This document shows, one piece after another, positions 38,356 through 44,528 of a stretch of 44,528 bases of DNA. This DNA comes from a virus. Below the pieces are notes generated by a model that was not told where the DNA came from, did not search any database, and worked only from the letters and a program-made list of their open reading frames with translations. Location of the stretch: IMG/VR virus record IMGVR_UViG_3300015171_000002, positions 1 through 44,528 of that record; one strand, 5' to 3'. Each line of letters begins with the position of its first letter. Position 1 is the stretch's first letter. Both the position numbers and the translations under genes were made by a program.

Positions 38356-38856
38356 ATGCAATCAAGATTATTAGTAAGTGGATTTGATAGAAGTGCCAAT
38401 AGTGAAGTAGCTAAATATTTAGCTAAAGAAAAGGATAATGCTATGGTTCTTTCTGAACATGAGTTTCAGAAAGCTATAGAATGTCCGGATAAAAGACAGG
38501 CTAGGTACGGTTGGCTTAATACAGTCGTAGATATGGAGAGAATGTACCATCAAGATATTATAGTTCTATGGTTTAGTAAAAATGATAAGAAAAAGATTAG
38601 AGAACAAAATCCAGATAATAAAACATTATTAGGTTATTGTAATGAATTATTGTTTACACCTTATTCTAACAAACTGATGAATACTATAAGAACACATATC
38701 TACTTTGTAGATATTTCACAACGGGTTAGATTATCTGATACAGCGGATATTATAAACAATAATCTAGGTAAAGAAGATATAGCTACATTTGAAGCTGAAG
38801 ATACAATAATCTGGTCTTACCCCTATGAAATTCTAGAACTGGTTAGAAATGATTAG
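38356..38856 (+). CDS. Hypothetical protein
   Basis: SD AAGGA; 166 aa alpha/beta pattern; no intact motif. Confidence 0.65.
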   Translation: MQSRLLVSGFDRSANSEVAKYLAKEKDNAMVLSEHEFQKAIECPDKRQARYGWLNTVVDMERMYHQDIIVLWFSKNDKKKIREQNPDNKTLLGYCNELLFTPYSNKLMNTIRTHIYFVDISQRVRLSDTADIINNNLGKEDIATFEAEDTIIWSYPYEILELVRND

Positions 38857-38899
38857 TACCGGTGTACTATTTGACAAATTTCAAGAAATGTGGTATAAT
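38854..38899 (+). promoter_or_regulatory. tRNA operon promoter with GTAC-N4-GTAC box
   Basis: TAGTACCGGTGTACTA(38854-38869), TTGACA(38871-38876)-17 bp-TATAAT(38894-38899). Confidence 0.85.
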
Positions 38900-38911
38900 A
38901 TATGAAATTAT

Positions 38912-38982
38912 TGGCTTGTGGTGTAACCGTAACATTTTTCTCTCTGAAAGAAAAGTTTTTGGTGCAAGTCCAGACAGGCCAG
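38912..38982 (+). tRNA. tRNA-Gln(CTG) with atypical D/T loops, no encoded CCA
   Basis: Acceptor TGGCTTG/CAGGCCA, D stem GTGT/ACAT, anticodon stem TTTCT/AGAAA with loop CT-CTG-AA, T stem TTTGG/CCAGA with loop TGCAAGT. Confidence 0.8.
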
Positions 38983-38986
38983 CTAT

Positions 38987-39058
38987 AACGGTGTCGTCCA
39001 AAGGTTAAGACTAATGGCTTTGACCCATAGAATAGACGTTCGAATCGTTTCACCGTTG
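38987..39058 (+). tRNA. tRNA-Gln(TTG), no encoded CCA
   Basis: Acceptor AACGGTG/CACCGTT, D stem GTC/GAC with GG, anticodon loop CT-TTG-AC, T arm AGACG-TTCGAAT-CGTTT. Confidence 0.9.
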
Positions 39059-39063
39059 CTATA

Positions 39064-39103
39064 CTCTAGGTGTATCATTATTGGTACATCCTAGAGCTTT
39101 TTT
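39064..39103 (+). terminator. Terminator of the tRNA operon
   Basis: CTCTAGG-TGTATCA / TGGTACA-T-CCTAGAG stem followed by T6. Confidence 0.8.
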
Positions 39104-39132
39104 ATACGAAAAATTTTGCCAGTAGTAAGCAG

Positions 39133-39177
39133 TAGTACCAACATCCTATTGACAAGTTTTTAAAAAAATGAGAGAAT
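39133..39177 (+). promoter_or_regulatory. Degenerate boxed promoter
   Basis: TAGTACCAACATCCTA half-match box, TTGACA(39149-39154)-17 bp-GAGAAT with TG extension. Confidence 0.4.
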
Positions 39178-39265
39178 TGAAAAATGGATAATTGAAAGGG
39201 ACGTGGTAGGGTGGGTTTAATAGAGTCTATATTAATTAAACTTCTTAAATATATAGGTATATGGT

Positions 39266-39301
39266 ATGAAGATATGTAAATCATGTGGAGAAAATAAATA
39301 A
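39266..39301 (+). pseudogene. N-terminal relic MKICKSCGENK* (zinc-ribbon start of an HNH-type gene)
   Basis: MKxCxxCGExK is a common start of phage HNH/endoVII genes; the stop overlaps the methyltransferase ATG (TAATG). Confidence 0.45.
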
Positions 39302-40074
39302 TGTATACAGATTATATAACATGGGGTGATTGTCTAAATGTTATGGCAGTTCTACCAGATAATTCTATAGATTGTATTCTCTGCGATTTGCCTTATTCTA
39401 TTACTGGATTTAAATGGGATAGTATTATTCCTTTTGATAAGTTATGGGAACAATATATCAGAATAATCAAAGATAATGGAGCCATAGTACTCAATTCTAT
39501 TCAACCCTTTACCAGTAAACTTATATTATCTAATCCTGAAATGTATAGATATTCTTATGTATGGGATAAGGGTAGAGCATCTAATTTTATGAGTGCCAAA
39601 GTAAAACCGCTCATCAGAACAGAAGATATATGTGTTTTCAGTAAGGCAACTGCTAATTCTATGTCGTCTGTCAAAATGAAATATTATCCACAAGGATTAG
39701 TTAGAGTAGATAAAAAAGTAAAGAATGGTAAAAATGTCGGTGGTCAAGTAGCTGTAGCTAAACAAGCTGTTTATACACAAGGCAAAGAATATATTCAAGA
39801 ATTTACTAATTATCCTAATAATATAATACAAATAGTGAATGACAGTAATCCACTACACCCAACTCAAAAACCGATAGCTTTATGTGAGTATCTAATAAAG
39901 ACTTATACTCAAGAAGGTGAAATAGTTTTAGACAATTGTTGTGGTTCTGGTACAACCTGTTTAGCCGCTAAAAATACTGGTCGTCATTATATTGGTATAG
40001 AAAAAGATGAAAATTATTTCAATATAGCAAAAAATAGATTAGAAAATGATTACAGGAACTTACTACGGTACTAA
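39301..40074 (+). CDS. Beta-class N6-adenine/N4-cytosine DNA methyltransferase
   Basis: GDCL, DLPY (motif IV) before HPTQKP and LDNCCGSGTT (motif I); no cognate endonuclease adjacent. Confidence 0.92.
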   Translation: MYTDYITWGDCLNVMAVLPDNSIDCILCDLPYSITGFKWDSIIPFDKLWEQYIRIIKDNGAIVLNSIQPFTSKLILSNPEMYRYSYVWDKGRASNFMSAKVKPLIRTEDICVFSKATANSMSSVKMKYYPQGLVRVDKKVKNGKNVGGQVAVAKQAVYTQGKEYIQEFTNYPNNIIQIVNDSNPLHPTQKPIALCEYLIKTYTQEGEIVLDNCCGSGTTCLAAKNTGRHYIGIEKDENYFNIAKNRLENDYRNLLRY

Positions 40075-40110
40075 AGTACTATGGAAAATTATAGAGTCTT
40101 GTGGTATGAT
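40066..40110 (+). promoter_or_regulatory. Promoter with GTAC-N4-GTAC box
   Basis: CGGTACTAAAGTACTA(40066-40081), TGGAAA-17 bp-TATGAT(40105-40110), preceded by TGTGG. Confidence 0.7.
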
Positions 40111-40116
40111 TTTATT

Positions 40117-40380
40117 ATGACTAAAACTAAAAGCACTATAATGATGGAGAATTCCATCAGAACTAAGGTATATCTAGCCGGTCTTATTGAAGAAAATAAA
40201 GTAAGTGTACCTTTAGATTTATGGTTTGATCTTGCTATAATTCTTGGTAAATATACTCCGATCTGGCTAAAACCAGATATGAAAGATAAGAATAATGTCA
40301 GAATGTGGAATCTATTAACACATGATAGTCAAGAAAGAGAATATATCGGAACAGGATTAGACGCAGATGAAAAACCTTGA
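40117..40380 (+). CDS. Hypothetical protein, probably leaderless
   Basis: Track start 40081 lies inside the promoter; in-frame ATG 40117 coincides with the predicted +1. Confidence 0.55.
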   Translation: MTKTKSTIMMENSIRTKVYLAGLIEENKVSVPLDLWFDLAIILGKYTPIWLKPDMKDKNNVRMWNLLTHDSQEREYIGTGLDADEKP

Positions 40381-41239
40381 TATAATATTTGAAACCAATG
40401 GGGGTAGTTATTTATATGGAACTAACCTGCCTAGTAGTGATTTAGATAGGCGTGGTGTTTGTATGGAGCCGCGTCAGGCTTTATTAGGTCTTTCTCCATT
40501 TGAACAATTCGAGGATAATTCAAATGATCAGGATAGAGTAATCTATGGATTACGTAAATTTACTACTCTAGCATTGGGTCAAAATCCTAATATTGTAGAA
40601 TTATTATATGCACCATTAGAATTAGATAATTTATTAGTTACTAAGGAATGGATGAATCTGGTTATGTACCGAGAATTATTCTTATCTCGGAAAGTAGCCG
40701 ATACATTTGTTGGTTATGCAGTTTCTCAACTAAAGCGTATGGAAACTCATTATCGTTGGATGACAATAGACCCTCCCGAAAAACCCGATCCAATGGATTA
40801 TGGTCGAGTTTTAGAAAAGAAATTTGGAGTAGAAACAGCCGTTTGGATAAATTCTAATTTACGAAATGAGTATGATAATAAACTGAAAGCATGGCAACAA
40901 TATAATATTTGGATAGATAATCGAAACATTGCACGTCATAATTTAGAAGAAGAATATGGATATGATACTAAAAATGCTATGCATCTGGTTAGATTATTAC
41001 AGCAAGGTGAAGAACTTCTAAAAACTGGTTTTCTTAAATTACCACGTCCAAATGCTAGAGAATTATTAGATATTAGACGTGGTTCGATGAAATATGAAGA
41101 AGTTATCAAATATATGGAAACTAAAAAAATAGAATTAGATGAACTAAAAAAGGTTTCTGTTTTACCTGAAAAACCAGATTTTAATAAAGTAGAAAATTTA
41201 ATAATGAATATTAATGAAGATTATCTACGGGGAAAATAA
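40367..41239 (+). CDS. Pol-beta superfamily nucleotidyltransferase (T4 NrdC.11/YcgL/RlaP-like)
   Basis: GSYLYGTNLPSSDLDRRGV (GS..DxD), NPNIVELL, GYDTKNAMHLVRLL, LLDIRRG, LPEKPD. Confidence 0.88.
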   Translation: MKNLDIIFETNGGSYLYGTNLPSSDLDRRGVCMEPRQALLGLSPFEQFEDNSNDQDRVIYGLRKFTTLALGQNPNIVELLYAPLELDNLLVTKEWMNLVMYRELFLSRKVADTFVGYAVSQLKRMETHYRWMTIDPPEKPDPMDYGRVLEKKFGVETAVWINSNLRNEYDNKLKAWQQYNIWIDNRNIARHNLEEEYGYDTKNAMHLVRLLQQGEELLKTGFLKLPRPNARELLDIRRGSMKYEEVIKYMETKKIELDELKKVSVLPEKPDFNKVENLIMNINEDYLRGK

Positions 41240-41242
41240 AAT

Positions 41243-41695
41243 ATGAAAATAGGAGTAAACATGACAGGTACTAATATTGAAGATTGGGCAGGGAGTGAGC
41301 AATATCTAGCAGAATTTGAAGATGTTTGGGATGATTATCGTCATATGGTAAGTCGTGGTATTACTACATATTCGGATATTCAAGTACGAGATTTATTTCA
41401 AAAATTATCAATAATTACTGCTCATTCTGAAATGCGCTTATCGGTGGTTGAAGCCAAGAGGGATGCGGCTAAACTTAGTTTATCTTTAACACAAGGAATT
41501 TTATTGAGACGATATACCAATGGTGCTATGAATAAACGTATGGCAGAAGTAGCCGGAGATACTGACTATGAAATAGAACTAAAAAAATATAGTGATTGTG
41601 AAGATGATGTAACAATTGCTAAGGGAAGTACTAAGGCTAGTAGTACTGCCGCCAATGCTTTATCACGCGAGATTTCATCCCGTTTAAAGAATTAG
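41243..41695 (+). CDS. Helical protein, possibly a UvsY-like recombination mediator
   Basis: All-helical 150 aa ending LSREISSR, next to the SSB; the function call is weak. Confidence 0.4.
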   Translation: MKIGVNMTGTNIEDWAGSEQYLAEFEDVWDDYRHMVSRGITTYSDIQVRDLFQKLSIITAHSEMRLSVVEAKRDAAKLSLSLTQGILLRRYTNGAMNKRMAEVAGDTDYEIELKKYSDCEDDVTIAKGSTKASSTAANALSREISSRLKN

Positions 41696-41738
41696 TACCA
41701 GAGTACTGCTTGACAAATTTCAAAAAATGTGGTATAGT
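41693..41738 (+). promoter_or_regulatory. SSB promoter with GTAC-N4-GTAC box
   Basis: TAGTACCAGAGTACTG(41693-41708), TTGACA(41710-41715)-17 bp-TATAGT(41733-41738), preceded by TGTGG. Confidence 0.85.
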
Positions 41739-41815
41739 ATTTTCAATTCAATAGCCTAACCAGCACACGATAAAAATTGAGTCGGTAACTCATAATATAA
41801 GAAAAGGATAAAAGA

Positions 41816-42517
41816 ATGAGCGAATTATTTGGAACTAAGAAATTAGAATTTGGGCCAGTTTTGAGTAGTGGATTAGCACCGTGGGTTCACGAATTAAAAC
41901 CTAAAAGTGGTGATAATTATAAATTTGTACCACTACATTCTCTAGAAGAATCAATGTCACTTTGGGTACATCGTCAACAGGTTAAATATGATGGTGGATT
42001 TAAATATGTTGTTTCTGGAAAGAAACTTGATCCGGCAGTAGAATCACCATTTGATAATGATCCTCGTAAGGAAGTAAATGGTATCAAGCCACTTTATTAC
42101 ATGTTAGTTTTTGTAACAAGTGGAAATGATGCTCTAAAAGGTCATGTTGGATATCTAGAACTACGTCAGAATCTAAAGAAACGTGATGGTACATATGATA
42201 GAATGGCAAAGTATGAAGATGATAGTGAAAGTCATTCCGTAAAAGGTATTAAATGTTCGCTATCAAGAAATGGTAGTGGATTAAATGATACTGTTTACGA
42301 ATCAAGTATTACCGACCCTTATAAATTCACTAAAGCAGATCAGGAAGTTATTGACAGAGAAGTGCCTGAACTGGTAACACATCTAAAGAGTCTATATATC
42401 AAACCCTGGACTACTGAAGAATTTACTAGAATTTATAATGCTGGTATTGTAAACAGTGTAGCACCTAAATCAACTGCCCCACTAGCAGAATTTAGTGCTG
42501 ATGAGATACCATTTTAA
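41816..42517 (+). CDS. Single-stranded DNA-binding protein (gp32-like)
   Basis: SRNGSGLNDTVY OB-fold turn, acidic C-terminus DEIPF, directly upstream of the DNA polymerase. Confidence 0.7.
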   Translation: MSELFGTKKLEFGPVLSSGLAPWVHELKPKSGDNYKFVPLHSLEESMSLWVHRQQVKYDGGFKYVVSGKKLDPAVESPFDNDPRKEVNGIKPLYYMLVFVTSGNDALKGHVGYLELRQNLKKRDGTYDRMAKYEDDSESHSVKGIKCSLSRNGSGLNDTVYESSITDPYKFTKADQEVIDREVPELVTHLKSLYIKPWTTEEFTRIYNAGIVNSVAPKSTAPLAEFSADEIPF

Positions 42518-42538
42518 TAAGAAATAGAATAAAAAATT

Positions 42539-42581
42539 TATAGAGTCTGGATAGTATAATGCTGTCCAGACTCTATATTTT
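42539..42581 (+). terminator. Hairpin/terminator between SSB and polymerase
   Basis: 16-bp stem TATAGAGTCTGGATAG / CTGTCCAGACTCTATA (one U-G), loop TATAATG, then TTTT. Confidence 0.7.
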
Positions 42582-42595
42582 ATAAGGATAATAAA

Positions 42596-44528
42596 ATGCT
42601 CGAAGATTTAGACTTAAAAGAAATTCAAAAGCGAAAATATATAGGGGGCTGGATTGACCATTCTGATATTTTCCTATGGTATCGTGAACAGGGACAGCGT
42701 AAAGTTGTTCGTATTCCAAATGTGCCAAAATATTTTTGTATTGATAGAGTCCAATTCGAAAAAGCAGATCGGGCATTATTCAAGAATTATAAACAAAGAG
42801 AATTATATACTAAAGGTGTAATTACAGGCCGTTATGCTTATGTCTATCCTAATATGGATTTATATAAATCTAATATGAATAGTTGGCTTACTGAAATGGA
42901 TAATGCTGGTTTGAAACCATTAGAAGCTGATCTTTCTAATCTACAACGATACATGATAGATAATAATATTCAGGTAGCTAGTCCAGCAGATGAGAATGGG
43001 CCTACTGTTGTCTATTTTGATATTGAAACCGATGACCGTCAAGATATGATTGAAATTGGTGGTGAACGTATAGTTTCAATGGCCTGGAAAGATGCTCATA
43101 CAGGAAAAGAATATTTCGAGCGTTTACAGGCTGATACTGATGAAGCCGAGAAAGATTTTCTAACTCGGATTTATACTGCCATTGTACAATATGATGTTAG
43201 GGTTGGTTATAATAACTATGGATTCGATGATCCTTATTTACAGCTAAGATTTGAACGATATCATATTGATTTAGATAAATGGAAACGTGTTGCCAGTTTG
43301 GATATTTTCAATATCTTTGAGAGACAGGGAACATATCGAAAATATGATGTTCGAAACAGAAAATTAGATACTATTGGTAAAGCCGTTCTAGGACGTGGTA
43401 AAATAGAACATACTGAAAAAATCTGGGAATTATGGACTAATCATCCTGATAAACTGGAAGAATATAATCTAGAAGATGTCAGACTAATTTATGATATGGA
43501 GAATATTTTAGGTAGTGTCAATTTAGTGCTTTCAGTTTGTTCCTTTGCTGGATTATTACATTCGCTAAATTATTCTCCCGCTAAAACGGTAGATACATTT
43601 CTTTTACGTTCTGCTCAAAAACGACGTAAAGATTTTGATTTTAGATATGGTACAAGTTATTACCGACCTGAACATATGTCAACTGGTAAATTTGGTGCAT
43701 TTAGCAGAAATGCATTACCAAGTGATAAGCGTAAAGGACGTAAAGAAATTCTTTTAGATGAATTTAATATTGAATATGAGCCGGTTTTAGGCGCTTTGGT
43801 TATGGAGGCTGACCCTGGATTATATAGAAATGTTTATGCTTTTGACTTCCAAAGCTTGTATCCGAATACTATTCGAGCATTTAATATTGGGCATGATACC
43901 TTAGTAGATGAAACTTTTACTGGAACTAAAAATCAAGCACCTAATGGTCAATATTATAGAACAGATATTATTTCTGGTATGTCAGAAGGTGTAACTTTTC
44001 TAATCAATAAAAGACGCGAAGTCAGGGCGGGAATGAAGTTAGAACGGGATGAAATTAGATTAAAGGCGTTAGATATTCTACAACGGGGAATAAAAGAATT
44101 AACTAATAGTTTCTATGGTGTAACTGCTCAATATGGTGGACGTTATTATTCTAAGGCAATTGCAGAAAGTATTACCAGTGGTGGACGTACTTTTCTACCC
44201 TTTGGAGATGAGTTTTATGCGTCAAGGGGGCATAAAATTGTTATTGGAGATACGGATAGTTTATATATTTCTATTCAGAATGATGCTGATCCCGAAGTAT
44301 TAAATAAACAATATATTGATGCATTATACGAAATGCTTAGACGAAAATATAATGTATTCAAGCCTGAATATTTACAGATGAGTTATGAAAAACGAATGGA
44401 AAGCGTCTTGATTATTGCCAAGAAATTATATTCAGCCTGGGTAGTTATGGAAGATGGCAAGTCTGTAGATGGGCATTTAGTAAATAAAGGCTTAATGATG
44501 TTGAAAGGAAACTTCCCGAAGTGGGCGA
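42596..44528 (+). CDS. polB: Family B DNA polymerase with 3'-5' exonuclease, 3' end outside the window (absent from ORF track)
   Basis: Own translation from ATG 42596 (SD AAGGA): ExoI FDIET (~43019), ExoII YNNYGFD, ExoIII YNLED, motif A DFQSLYP (~43844), motif B KELTNSFYG, motif C IGDTDS (~44243); no stop before the end. Confidence 0.95.
   Translation, partial: MLEDLDLKEIQKRKYIGGWIDHSDIFLWYREQGQRKVVRIPNVPKYFCIDRVQFEKADRALFKNYKQRELYTKGVITGRYAYVYPNMDLYKSNMNSWLTEMDNAGLKPLEADLSNLQRYMIDNNIQVASPADENGPTVVYFDIETDDRQDMIEIGGERIVSMAWKDAHTGKEYFERLQADTDEAEKDFLTRIYTAIVQYDVRVGYNNYGFDDPYLQLRFERYHIDLDKWKRVASLDIFNIFERQGTYRKYDVRNRKLDTIGKAVLGRGKIEHTEKIWELWTNHPDKLEEYNLEDVRLIYDMENILGSVNLVLSVCSFAGLLHSLNYSPAKTVDTFLLRSAQKRRKDFDFRYGTSYYRPEHMSTGKFGAFSRNALPSDKRKGRKEILLDEFNIEYEPVLGALVMEADPGLYRNVYAFDFQSLYPNTIRAFNIGHDTLVDETFTGTKNQAPNGQYYRTDIISGMSEGVTFLINKRREVRAGMKLERDEIRLKALDILQRGIKELTNSFYGVTAQYGGRYYSKAIAESITSGGRTFLPFGDEFYASRGHKIVIGDTDSLYISIQNDADPEVLNKQYIDALYEMLRRKYNVFKPEYLQMSYEKRMESVLIIAKKLYSAWVVMEDGKSVDGHLVNKGLMMLKGNFPKWA

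Noticed and set aside
38912-39058. Stop-codon reassignment (TAG to Gln) suggested by the Gln tRNAs
   Set aside because: The anticodons are CTG and TTG, not CTA. Genes are intact and densely packed in code 11, and TAG ends genes at sensible places (18989, 30100, 38856, 41695).
40648-40857. Alternative-frame + strand ORF
   Set aside because: Fully nested in the nucleotidyltransferase gene, with no motif or clear SD.
867-42776. All minus-strand ORFs in the track (e.g. 867..1058, 1854..2141, 6145..6474, 38853..39053, 39102..39284, 42573..42776)
   Set aside because: Short, motif-less shadows antisense to well-supported + strand genes, tRNAs or promoters.
42596-44528. Intein or intron in the DNA polymerase
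   Set aside because: Exonuclease and polymerase motifs are contiguous with normal spacing in one open frame.
38987-44528. Archaeal host (family B polymerase, A1-U72 tRNA-Gln)
   Set aside because: Bacterial -35/-10 promoters, intrinsic terminators, DnaB helicase and an SH3b-bearing lysin point to a bacterial host.

Overview
About 44.5 kb of an AT-rich, long-tailed (sipho-type, no sheath gene seen) dsDNA bacteriophage genome, with all credible genes on the + strand. The head module comes first: the end of a 23-aa-repeat virion protein, a prohead protease-scaffold fusion and the major capsid protein. A ~13 kb block of sugar-modification genes (RmlD-like reductase, ThyX, RfbH/ColD-type PLP enzyme, six glycosyltransferases, two SAM methyltransferases, two radical SAM enzymes) sits between the capsid and the head-tail joining genes. 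Next come neck, tail tube, chaperones, tape measure, Dit/hub, fibre genes (three paralogues) and a double-GH/SH3 lysin-like gene. The window ends in a replication module: DnaB helicase, primase, two tRNA-Gln, DNA methyltransferase, nucleotidyltransferase, SSB and a family B polymerase that runs off the end and is missing from the ORF track. Portal, terminase and integrase are not seen. The best candidate for an undescribed system is virion glycosylation: the GT cluster plus a recurrent [S/T]-G-[S/T] motif in virion proteins as a possible acceptor sequon. Other notable signals are a GTAC-N4-GTAC box abutting the -35 of replication-module promoters only, homing-endonuclease relics, an odd tRNA pair and excess CCGG. 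All calls come from motifs and synteny read by eye; counts are hand counts and no searches were run.
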